A DNA stretch of 64,000 bases from Gemmatimonadota bacterium. Lineage in GTDB: Bacteria; Gemmatimonadota; Gemmatimonadetes; Gemmatimonadales; GWC2-71-9. The stretch is from NCBI GenBank assembly GCA_003221005.1, contig QHTZ01000081.1, positions 48,866 through 112,865 of the forward strand. Direction: 5' to 3'. The number at the start of each line of letters is the position of its first letter. Position 1 is the stretch's first letter. A program made the translations under genes and the position numbers. Below, piece after piece: positions 55,745-64,000 of the stretch. Below the pieces are notes generated by a model. That model saw nothing but the letters and a program-made list of their open reading frames with translations. It was not told the DNA's origin and did no database searches.

Positions 55745-56806
55745 CTGCGCATCCTTCAGGTCGACGCGGGCCGGGAATGGCGCGGCGGGCAGAACCAAGC
55801 CCGGCTGCTCGCCCGCGAGCTCGCCCGCGAGGGGGAGGGGGGAGGTCTAGAGCAGCTCCTCGTCACCAAGCGCGGCGGCGAGCTCGCGCGCCGGGCGCGG
55901 GCGGACGGCGTCCGCCTGCGCGAGGTTCCCTGGGGACCGGGGCTCGATCCGCGCGCCCTGTGGCATTTGTATCACGCGATACGCGAGTACCGTCCGAACA
56001 TCGTCCACGCGCACGACAGTCACGCCCTGCAATTGAGCGCCTGGGCGCGGCGGCTCGCCCGCAGCGGACGCGCGCGCCCGGCGCTCGTGGCCACGCGGCG
56101 CGTGGATTTCCACGTGCGGCGGGGCAGCGTGTGGTTCCAGGTCGATCGCATCATCGCGATTTCCGATGCCGTGCGGAACATCCTCGTGACCGACGGCATC
56201 GCGCCCGATGCGATAGCGGTCGTGCCGTCGGGAATCGATGCCGCAGAAGTGCGCCGCGCAGCCGTGCTGCCGGTGGACATCCGCGGCTCGATGGGGCTCG
56301 CTCCCGGCACGCCGCTGGCGTTGAACGTCGCCGCCCTGGTAGGCCACAAGGACCAGCGCACGCTGATCCGCGCCGCCTATGCCGCGCGGGCGCTCCGCCC
56401 CGACCTCCGCTGGATCATCGCCGGCGAAGGAAGCTTGCGTCCCGCGCTGGAAGCCGAGATCGCGAAGCTCGGTCTCAAAGATCGCGTGTATCTCTCCGGC
56501 CACATCCCCGCAGTGGACCCCGTCATCCGGGAGGCCGACGTGCTCGTGATGTCCTCGAAGGAGGAAGGCCTGGGGAGCGTGGTGCTGCACGCGTTGGTGC
56601 TCGGGAAGCCGGTCGTCGCGACCCGGGGCGGCGGGCTACCGGAGATCGTCCCGGAGGAGTGGCTCGTGCCGGTGGGCGACGCCGACGCCCTCGCGCGCAA
56701 GGTGCTCGCCGCGCTCGACCACCCTGCTCCTTTCCCGCTCCCCCCGCGGTTCACCGCGTCCTCCATGGCGCGCGGCGTCTTGGCCCTCTATCGGGCGCTC
56801 GTCTAG
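55745..56806 (+). CDS. Glycosyltransferase family 4
   Basis: RILQVDAGREWRGGQ, VHAHD, SKEEGLG, PVVATRGGGLPE. No canonical start near the domain; CTG 55745 proposed. Confidence 0.88.
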   Translation: MRILQVDAGREWRGGQNQARLLARELAREGEGGGLEQLLVTKRGGELARRARADGVRLREVPWGPGLDPRALWHLYHAIREYRPNIVHAHDSHALQLSAWARRLARSGRARPALVATRRVDFHVRRGSVWFQVDRIIAISDAVRNILVTDGIAPDAIAVVPSGIDAAEVRRAAVLPVDIRGSMGLAPGTPLALNVAALVGHKDQRTLIRAAYAARALRPDLRWIIAGEGSLRPALEAEIAKLGLKDRVYLSGHIPAVDPVIREADVLVMSSKEEGLGSVVLHALVLGKPVVATRGGGLPEIVPEEWLVPVGDADALARKVLAALDHPAPFPLPPRFTASSMARGVLALYRALV

Positions 56807-56817
56807 ATTGCAGGGCC

Positions 56818-58338
56818 ATGATCTACGTGTGTGTTCCGGTGCACAACGAGGCCCCCACAGTGGGCCTCGTGCTCTGGAAGGTGCGGCAGGTCTTCACCAC
56901 GTTCCCGCGCGAGTATCAGCTGCTGGTCTGCGACGACGGCTCGCGCGACGGCACGGCGGAGCTGCTGGCGTCATACGCCAAGGTGCTGCCGATGAGCGTC
57001 GTCACGCACCGGGAGCGCCGCGGCTACGCCAGGAGCCTCGAGGAGCTGCTCACCCTCGCGCTGCAGCGCACCGACCGCCCCCGGCGCGACTGCGCCATCG
57101 TGCTGCACGCCGACTTCAGCCAGTCGCCGGATGTCATGGTGGAGATGGTGCGGCGCCTTGAGTCGGGGAGCGACGTCGTCGTGGCGGAGCTGCTCCAGGC
57201 GCGGGGCCGCGCGCCCCGCGCAGTGCTCTGGGCCCGCCGCTGGGCCCCGCGGCTGCTGCGCGTGCCGGGCCTGCGCGATGCCCTCTCCGGCTTCGTCGCG
57301 CTGCGGCTGATCGTATGGCGCCACGCGCAGCGGCGCGACGCAGCGCCGCTGCTCACCACCGACGGGTGGTGCGCGAACGCGGAGCTGCTGGCGCGGATGC
57401 TGCCGCACGCCCGCCGCATCGAAGCGGTGCCGGCCGAGACGCGCTACGACCTCGTGCAGCGCCCGTCGCGCACCAAGCCGCTGAGGCAGCTGGTGGACGC
57501 CTGGCGGGCCCGCGCGGCGATTCGCGCCGCGCTGGTGACGCTGGCGATCGCAATGCTCTGCGCAGCGCCGCGGGACGCCAGTCCCCAGGACTCGAGTCAC
57601 CACGCCAGCCCCGCGGGGACGCCGGCCACTGATTCGTCCCCGGCCCGTGTCGTCCCTGCCGCTCCTACCGCCGTCCCCTTCCCAGTAGGCGAACGGCTGG
57701 TGTACGCGGCGCGCTTCGGCGTCTTCAGCGTGGGCGAGGCCACGATGGAGGTCGCGGGCCTCGACACGGTGCGTGGGGCACCCGCGGTGCACTTCCGGTT
57801 CCACATCGAGGGCGGCGCGCTCTGGTACCACCTCAACCAGACGCTCGAGTCGTGGGTGGGGCGCTCCGACTTCCGCTCGCGGCGCTTCTGGAACGCCACC
57901 GAAGAGAAGGGCAAGTCCTGGGAGCACAAGTTCGAGATCCTCCCTGACTCGGGAGTGTATCGCGAGGCGGGGCGCGACAGTGCATTCCCCACCGTGCCCG
58001 ATCCCCTGGACGACGCCGCCTTCCTGTACTGGATCCGGACCGTGCCGCTCGTGATCGGCCAGCGCTACGAGTACCGACGTTACTTTCGTCCCGAGCGCAA
58101 CCCCGTCATCGTCACCGTGCTGGGGCGCGACCGCGTCAACGTCGCGGGCCGCAAGTGGAACGCGATCGTGCTCTCTCCCAAGATCCCGAACGGCGGCGGG
58201 ATCTTCGCCGAGAAATCGGACGCCCGGATGTGGCTCTCCGACGACCGCGAACGCGTCATGCTCGGGCTGCAATCGAGGTTCTCGTTCGGCGTGGTGACGT
58301 TGAAGCTCAAGGAGTACTCCGTCCCGGGGCACCCATGA
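56818..58338 (+). CDS. Glycosyltransferase family 2 fused to a DUF3108-like domain
   Basis: MIYVCVPVHNE, DDGSRDGT, HAD; hydrophobic linker; GERLVY, DPLD, WLSDD. Confidence 0.8.
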   Translation: MIYVCVPVHNEAPTVGLVLWKVRQVFTTFPREYQLLVCDDGSRDGTAELLASYAKVLPMSVVTHRERRGYARSLEELLTLALQRTDRPRRDCAIVLHADFSQSPDVMVEMVRRLESGSDVVVAELLQARGRAPRAVLWARRWAPRLLRVPGLRDALSGFVALRLIVWRHAQRRDAAPLLTTDGWCANAELLARMLPHARRIEAVPAETRYDLVQRPSRTKPLRQLVDAWRARAAIRAALVTLAIAMLCAAPRDASPQDSSHHASPAGTPATDSSPARVVPAAPTAVPFPVGERLVYAARFGVFSVGEATMEVAGLDTVRGAPAVHFRFHIEGGALWYHLNQTLESWVGRSDFRSRRFWNATEEKGKSWEHKFEILPDSGVYREAGRDSAFPTVPDPLDDAAFLYWIRTVPLVIGQRYEYRRYFRPERNPVIVTVLGRDRVNVAGRKWNAIVLSPKIPNGGGIFAEKSDARMWLSDDRERVMLGLQSRFSFGVVTLKLKEYSVPGHP

Positions 58339-59291
58339 CCGAGTATCACGAGGCGGATTTCTCGCGCCTCAAGACCGTCTCCATCACGCGCCGCACCAAC
58401 AAGGTCGCTCCCACTGTCTTTGCGCACCCTCCCGGCACGGACTCGAGCTTCGGCGCCTTCTGGGAATCGCTCCCCGACGTGCTAGCGGCGCAGGACCTGC
58501 GCTATCTGGTGGGCCAGCTGGCGCGAGCCGCGGGGCGGCACGCAGTGGTCGCCATGCTCGGGGGGCACGTCATCAAGGTCGGGCTCGGTCCGCTCCTGAT
58601 CGAGCTGATGCGACGCCACGTGATTACCCACGTGGCGCTGAACGGCAGCGCGGCGATCCATGACTTCGAGCTCGCCGCCTACGGCGGCACGAGTGAGGAC
58701 GTCGCCGCCGGCCTCAAGGACGGGTCGTTCGGGATGGCGGAGGAGACGGGGCGCGACATGAACGCCGGGATCGCCGAGGGTGCCCACGACGGGCGCGGCA
58801 TGGGCGAGGCCCTGGCTGAGTACCTGCGCCGGCGGCGGACGCTCGCCGCACCCGATGTCTCAGTGCTGGTCGCGTGCGCGACGCTGGGCGTGCCTGTCAC
58901 GGTACACGCGGCCGTGGGCGCCGACATCATCCATCAGCATCCCACGGCCGATGGAGCGGCGTTGGGCGCCACCAGCCACCGCGACTTCAAGCGGCTCGCG
59001 GAAGCGCTGCCTGCCCTGGAAGGCGGCGGCGTCGTGCTGAATCTGGGAAGCGCGGTGGTCATGCCCGAGGTGTTCCTCAAGGCGCTCTCCATCGCCCGTA
59101 ACCTGCACGATGGAAAGCCGACGGGTTTCACCGCGTGCGATTGCGACATGGAGCGACACTATCGCCCGCGTGTCAACGTGGTCGAGCGCCCGACCCAGGG
59201 CGGCGGCCGGGGGATCCAGCTCACCGGCCACCACGAGCTCCTCATTCCCCTGTTGTGCTGGGCCGTGCTCGAACAGCTGGATGGGCGTTAG
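58335..59291 (+). CDS. Conserved protein with deoxyhypusine-synthase-like fold
   Basis: GGHVIKVGL, LNGSAAIHDFE, FGMAEETG, GSAVVMPEVFLK, GHHELLIP. Confidence 0.7.
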   Translation: MTEYHEADFSRLKTVSITRRTNKVAPTVFAHPPGTDSSFGAFWESLPDVLAAQDLRYLVGQLARAAGRHAVVAMLGGHVIKVGLGPLLIELMRRHVITHVALNGSAAIHDFELAAYGGTSEDVAAGLKDGSFGMAEETGRDMNAGIAEGAHDGRGMGEALAEYLRRRRTLAAPDVSVLVACATLGVPVTVHAAVGADIIHQHPTADGAALGATSHRDFKRLAEALPALEGGGVVLNLGSAVVMPEVFLKALSIARNLHDGKPTGFTACDCDMERHYRPRVNVVERPTQGGGRGIQLTGHHELLIPLLCWAVLEQLDGR

Positions 59292-59739
59292 CCGGGGCCA
59301 TCGGCTCCTCTCGTGCGCGCTCGCCGCGGCGGCGTGCGTCACCCAGACGACGCGTCCGCGTCGAGCCCCCGCTCCCGCCGTCGCCGCGACGCCCGACCGC
59401 ATCGATGCGCTCGTGCGCCAGGCGTTAACGCTCGACGGGGCGGGCGACCGCGGGGCGGACTCGCTGTACGCACAGGAGGCGCTGGTGGTGGCGAACGCGC
59501 GCGTCCGCTTCGCGGCGCCGCGCTTCGCCGGCGTGGGCTACGGCGGCAGAGTCACTGTGGCAGCGGCGACGGTGACTCTGGCCGGACGTTTCGCATGGGC
59601 GATGGTGGACTACCGCTGGGTCAACCCGGCCCAGAATCAGGCGGAGGCCGGGCGAGCGACGTTCATCTGCGAGGAGAAGCCGGGCGGGTGGAGGATCATC
59701 CACGCCCATTCGAGCCAGGTGCTGCCCTGGGAGCGCTAG
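59281..59739 (+). CDS. SnoaL/NTF2-like lipoprotein
   Basis: AAAC lipobox; GRATF...GWRIIHAHSS. Confidence 0.75.
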   Translation: MGVSRGHRLLSCALAAAACVTQTTRPRRAPAPAVAATPDRIDALVRQALTLDGAGDRGADSLYAQEALVVANARVRFAAPRFAGVGYGGRVTVAAATVTLAGRFAWAMVDYRWVNPAQNQAEAGRATFICEEKPGGWRIIHAHSSQVLPWER

Positions 59740-59960
59740 GGCGACGTGTCCGTGGGGCGCCCCTTGATGAGCTCGCGCAGCTTTTCGGCGGTGCCCGGGC
59801 TGATCACGCGCAAACCGAGGTACAGCAGGAAGCCGAAGGCAGCCCACACGAGCAGCGTGGTCACCAGACCAAGGACGATGCCGAACACGCCGAACAGCAG
59901 CTTGATGGCTACGAGCGCCAGAACGGCGAAAACGGCGAATCCGAGTATGCTTCGAAACAT
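59736..59960 (-). CDS. Small two-TM membrane protein
   Basis: MFRSILGFAVFAV...; GGAGG RBS. Confidence 0.75.
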   Translation of the reverse strand: MFRSILGFAVFAVLALVAIKLLFGVFGIVLGLVTTLLVWAAFGFLLYLGLRVISPGTAEKLRELIKGRPTDTSP

Positions 59961-60034
59961 GGTTCCCTCCGTGAACCCTGAGCCCTGCGTCTTACGTTGC
60001 AATCTAGCAGGGGGTTTCAGCTTCGTGCCAGCAC

Positions 60035-61144
60035 ATGAAAACGTATGACGTCGTGGTGATCGGCGGCGGGGTCGTGGGCGCAGCGTGCGCCCGCGCCGCC
60101 GCGCTGCGCGGGCTCACCGTGGCTGTCTTCGAGCCGGGCCCGGAGCCGGGGGCCGCGTCCCCCGCGTCGGCCGGGATGCTCGCGGCGCAGATCGAGCCCG
60201 GCCCCGACGATTCCCTGAGCCTGGCGGTGCGGGCGCGCGACCTGTACCACCCCCTCGCACCGGCGCTGCGCGAGACAACCGCGATCGACATCCATCTGTG
60301 GCAGTCGGGGATCGCCTCGCTCGCGTTCGACGAAGCCGCCGAGCACGGGCTCAAGGACGCGGTGGCGGCGCAGCGCCAGGCGGGCCTGCGCTGCGATTGG
60401 CTGGGGCCCGACGAGGTGCGCGAGCGCTGGCCCGGCGCGGCGGACGACTGTCGTGGCGCGTTGTTCGCTCCCGAGGACGGAGCGCTCGATCCCCAAGCGC
60501 TGGCGCGCGCCTGTCTCGCCGACGCGCGGCGCCTCGGCGCCACGCTCCTCGCGGAGCCGGTCCAGAGCGTCGCCGTCGCAGACGGCCGGGCGACGGGAGT
60601 GGTCTCGCCCCAGGGCTCCACGGCGGCCGGGCACGTCGTCGTCGCCGCGGGGGCCTGGTCCAAGGCGATCGGAGCACTCCCCCGTCCCCCTGCCGTCGAG
60701 CCGGTGCGCGGCCAAATGGCCGCGACCGCGTGGCCCGCGGAGATGCCCGCGGCCATTCTCTACAACGAGCACTGCTACGTCCTGGCGCGCGGCGGCGAAG
60801 CTCTGCTCGGTAGCACCATGGAGCACGCGGGCTTCGACTGTCGCGTTACCAACGAGGGACTCGCGCAGATCTTCCGGGGAGCAATCCGCCTCTTTCCAGG
60901 CCTGCTGCGCGAGCCGGTGCTGCGGATGTGGGCGGGCCTGCGCCCGCTCACCGCCGACGGCCGCCCCATCGTGGGAGCCCACCCTGGGGTCGAGCGCCTG
61001 TGGTACGCGACCGGGCACGGGCGCAACGGCGTGCTGCTCGCAGCCCTGACGGGGGAGATCGTGGGCGATTTATTGAGCGCGGGGGAGACGGCCGTCGATG
61101 TCGCGGCGTGGCGGCCCGACCGTCCGGGCGCGCTCGCGGCCTGA
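60035..61144 (+). CDS. thiO: Glycine oxidase ThiO / DAO family
   Basis: VIGGGVVG, AS.ASAGML, AAGAWS, PVRGQM, WAGLRP, GHGRNGVLLA. Confidence 0.85.
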   Translation: MKTYDVVVIGGGVVGAACARAAALRGLTVAVFEPGPEPGAASPASAGMLAAQIEPGPDDSLSLAVRARDLYHPLAPALRETTAIDIHLWQSGIASLAFDEAAEHGLKDAVAAQRQAGLRCDWLGPDEVRERWPGAADDCRGALFAPEDGALDPQALARACLADARRLGATLLAEPVQSVAVADGRATGVVSPQGSTAAGHVVVAAGAWSKAIGALPRPPAVEPVRGQMAATAWPAEMPAAILYNEHCYVLARGGEALLGSTMEHAGFDCRVTNEGLAQIFRGAIRLFPGLLREPVLRMWAGLRPLTADGRPIVGAHPGVERLWYATGHGRNGVLLAALTGEIVGDLLSAGETAVDVAAWRPDRPGALAA

Positions 61145-61147
61145 CCG

Positions 61148-62152
61148 ATGTACCAGACCTGCGCCTTCTGCAACGCGCATCTCGACGGCGACGGCGGCCC
61201 GTCGGGCCTCGGCGTCGGCCGGAGGATCGCGTTCGACGAGTGGCGCGGCCGGCTGTGGGTGATCTGCCGGGCGTGCGGGCGGTGGAACCTCAGTCCGCTC
61301 GACGACCGGCTCGAGCGCATCCAGGCGGTCGCCCGGGCCGCCCAGGAGGGACGCGTCCTCGCCGCCACGGGCCAGGTCGCCCTGGTGCGCTGGCGGGACT
61401 ACGATTTCGTGCGCATCGGGCGGCCGCCACGGGTGGAGCTCGCCGGGTGGCGCTACGGGGAGCGGTTGCGGGCGCGCGAGCGCGAGCGGGCGAGCGTGGT
61501 GGTGCCGCTAACTATCGCCGCCGTCGGCCTCGGAGTCGCCGTGAACGTCGCTGCGGGTGGGTCCTTCGGCTTCTTCGTGTGGAACTTCGCCCGGATGGCT
61601 GACGGCGTATACGTGGCTCTGGTCGGCAATCGCCGCGTCACGTTGTCGGAGCCCCCCGTGTGCGCCGCGTGCGGCAGCGTCATGCAGCTCCGAGCCCGGC
61701 ACCTGAAGGACGGCCGCCTCGTCACAGAGACGCACGCCGACCTGGCCCTCGTCGTTCGCTGCCCCTCCTGCGGTGCGGAGGGTGCGCTGCTCACCGGATC
61801 CGACGCCGCGCAGGCGCTGCGCCGCGGACTCACGTACTTGAACGCGAAACGCAGCGCCCGCCGCCACGCCGAGCTGGCGGCGCGGGAAGTCGACCAGATG
61901 GGCGGCCCCGAGCGCCTGGTTCGGGAGGTGTCACGCCGCGAAGTGACGCTGCGGTCGCTGCGCCCGGAGCGGCGCGTGGCGCTGGAAATGGCGGTGGATG
62001 AGCTGGCCGAGATCACGGAGCTCGAGCGCCAGTGGCAAGAGGCCGAGGAGATCGCCGCCATCGCCGACGGGACGCTCTCGACTACCCCTGAGCTGGAAGA
62101 GCATCTACGTCGTCTCAAAGCTCAAGCGAAGGGAGATCAACCAAACGGTTGA
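61148..62152 (+). CDS. Hypothetical protein with two Zn-finger pairs and a central TM
   Basis: CAFC/CRAC and CAAC/CPSC; hydrophobic segment; acidic C-terminal helix. Confidence 0.75.
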   Translation: MYQTCAFCNAHLDGDGGPSGLGVGRRIAFDEWRGRLWVICRACGRWNLSPLDDRLERIQAVARAAQEGRVLAATGQVALVRWRDYDFVRIGRPPRVELAGWRYGERLRARERERASVVVPLTIAAVGLGVAVNVAAGGSFGFFVWNFARMADGVYVALVGNRRVTLSEPPVCAACGSVMQLRARHLKDGRLVTETHADLALVVRCPSCGAEGALLTGSDAAQALRRGLTYLNAKRSARRHAELAAREVDQMGGPERLVREVSRREVTLRSLRPERRVALEMAVDELAEITELERQWQEAEEIAAIADGTLSTTPELEEHLRRLKAQAKGDQPNG

Positions 62153-62217
62153 TTTCGCTGCTACCCGCCCCTGCCTGAAGCCGCTATCTTCCCATTGCGC
62201 CACCACCTAAAGCCCTG

Positions 62218-63126
62218 ATGCCCGCCTTCTTAGTCCAGCTGGCGCCCAGCGCCCCCTCGGTTCCCCCGCGAAAGCCCTCGTGGCTCAAAGTGCCGGCACC
62301 TGGCGGGCCCAACTACGTCGCCCTGAAGCAGCTGATGCGGGAGCTGAAGCTGCACACGGTGTGCGAGGAGGCGCACTGCCCCAACGTGGGGGAGTGCTGG
62401 GAGCACCGGGCGGCCACGTTCATGATCCTGGGTGACGTGTGCACGCGGAACTGCGCCTACTGCGCCGTGGCGCACGGCACGCCCCGGCCGCTCGATCCCG
62501 AGGAGCCAGCCCGTCTCGCCGCCGCCGTGGAGCGGATGGGGCTGCAGCACGTGGTGATCACGAGCGTGGACCGCGACGATCTGCCGCATGGCGGCGCCGA
62601 GAGCTTCGCCGCGTGCGTCAGCGAGATCCGCGCCCGGGTCCCGGGGACCTCCGTGGAGCTGCTCATCCCCGACTTTCGCGGCAACGAGGCCGCGCTGCGG
62701 ATCGTCGTCGCCGCGCAGCCGGACATCCTGAACCACAACCTGGAGACGGTCGAGCGGCTGTACCGCCTCGCGCGGCCCGGCGGCCGCTACGCGCGGGCGC
62801 TCGAGCTGCTGCGCCGCGCCAAGGAGATGGACTCGCGGCTCCTTACCAAATCGGGGATCATCTGCGGGCTCGGCGAGGAGTGGGACGAGCTGCTGGTGGC
62901 GATGCGCGACCTGCGCGCGCAGGGAGTGGACCTCCTCACCCTGGGCCAGTACCTGCGTCCATCCGATCGCCATCTTCCGATCGCCCGCTACTACACGCCC
63001 GACGAGTTCGCCGAGCTCAAGCGGCTCGGGCTCGAGATGGGATATCGTCACGTAGAGTCGGGTCCCCTGGTGCGCTCGAGCTACCACGCCTGGGAGCAGG
63101 TCGCGCGCGCGACGGCGACCGCCTGA
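62218..63126 (+). CDS. lipA: Lipoyl synthase
   Basis: CEEAHCPNVGEC, CTRNCAYC, NHNLETV, GQYLRP, VRSSYHA. Confidence 0.97.
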   Translation: MPAFLVQLAPSAPSVPPRKPSWLKVPAPGGPNYVALKQLMRELKLHTVCEEAHCPNVGECWEHRAATFMILGDVCTRNCAYCAVAHGTPRPLDPEEPARLAAAVERMGLQHVVITSVDRDDLPHGGAESFAACVSEIRARVPGTSVELLIPDFRGNEAALRIVVAAQPDILNHNLETVERLYRLARPGGRYARALELLRRAKEMDSRLLTKSGIICGLGEEWDELLVAMRDLRAQGVDLLTLGQYLRPSDRHLPIARYYTPDEFAELKRLGLEMGYRHVESGPLVRSSYHAWEQVARATATA

Positions 63127-63141
63127 GGCCACCTTCCCGCC

Positions 63142-64000
63142 ATGGCCACCGCGACGACACAGGCGACGAAAGGCGGGACCCAGGCCGAGCTGGAGCGGCG
63201 CCTGCTGCGCGAGATGCTCCTGATCCGGCGCTTCGAGGAGCGGGCAGCGGAAGCGTACGCGCTCGGCAAGATCGGCGGGTTCTGTCACCTCTACATCGGT
63301 CAGGAAGCAGTGGCGGTGGGCGCGCTCGCGACGCTGCGGCCGGACGATTACGTCATTTCCTCCTATCGCGAGCATGGACAGGCGCTGGTCCGCGGCATCC
63401 CCCCCGGCGTCGTCATGGCCGAGCTGTTCGGGAAGGCGACGGGCTGCTCCAAGGGCAAGGGCGGTTCGATGCACCTGTTCGACGCATCGCGCCGGTTCAT
63501 GGGCGGCCACGCGATCGTGGGCGGTCACATCCCGCTCGCCACCGGGATCGGCTTCGCCATCAAGTACCAAGGTGGCGAGCAGGTCTGCCTCTGCTTCTTC
63601 GGTGAGGCGGCAGTGAATATCGGGGCGTTCCACGAGGCCCTGAACATGGCCTCCGTGTGGAAGCTCCCCGTGGTATTCCTGTGCGAGAACAACCGCTACG
63701 GGATGGGGACGGCATTCGAGCGCGTTGCCGCGGTGACCGACGTCGTCGAGCACGCCTGCTCCTACGACATGGCGGCGGAGCTGGTGAACGGGATGGACGT
63801 GCTCGAGGTGTACCGTGCGACGGAGCGGGCCGTGCGCCGCGCCCGGAGCGGCGGGCATCCGACGCTGCTCGAGGTGCGCACCTACCGGTTCATGGGGCAC
63901 TCGATGTCCGATCCGCTGCACGGGGTGTACCGGACCAAGGACGAAGTCGAGGAGCAGAAGAAGCGCGATCCCATCTCGCAGCTCGCGCTCAAGCTCAAGG
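63142..64000 (+). CDS. pdhA: Pyruvate dehydrogenase E1 alpha (partial, runs off window)
   Basis: Translated by hand: IRRFEE, KIGGFCHLYIGQEA, GKGGSMH, GEAA...ENN, TYRFMGHSMSDP. Confidence 0.95.
   Translation, partial: MATATTQATKGGTQAELERRLLREMLLIRRFEERAAEAYALGKIGGFCHLYIGQEAVAVGALATLRPDDYVISSYREHGQALVRGIPPGVVMAELFGKATGCSKGKGGSMHLFDASRRFMGGHAIVGGHIPLATGIGFAIKYQGGEQVCLCFFGEAAVNIGAFHEALNMASVWKLPVVFLCENNRYGMGTAFERVAAVTDVVEHACSYDMAAELVNGMDVLEVYRATERAVRRARSGGHPTLLEVRTYRFMGHSMSDPLHGVYRTKDEVEEQKKRDPISQLALKLK

Noticed and set aside
1-64000. tRNA/rRNA genes
   Set aside because: No cloverleaf or rRNA-like sequence recognised in the short intergenic regions; a covariance search was not run.

Overview
High-GC bacterial chromosomal segment, probably Gemmatimonadota. 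This is an inference from the Ser/Thr kinase type and overall gene content. About 68 genes are visible. Housekeeping genes include aspartate aminotransferase, HU, tdk, coaE, gcvH-gcvP plus a lipoate ligase, an opp/dpp ABC operon, prpE, thiO, lipA and pdhA. An accessory stretch at about 28.9-45 kb holds small genes and attC-like remnants. Main observations: (1) a complete archaeal-style nurA-herA-mre11/sbcD-rad50/sbcC cluster at 2.6-9.9 kb. (2) A four-helix-bundle (23S-IVP/Avd-like) gene enclosed by inverted 4x heptamer arms and sitting exactly between two convergent stop codons. At least 11 further 7/8/10-nt-period micro-arrays, some forming 'empty' hairpins, lie in and between core genes. Together these are a candidate undescribed mobile/RNA-based repeat system. 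(3) Degenerate integron attC sites with no integrase. (4) An SDR gene bracketed by a 30-bp direct repeat. (5) Two apparent pseudoenzyme domains. (6) Six or more apparent internal deletions, which may be assembly artefacts. No rRNA, tRNA or CRISPR array was seen. All family assignments come from motif recognition by eye; no database searches were run.
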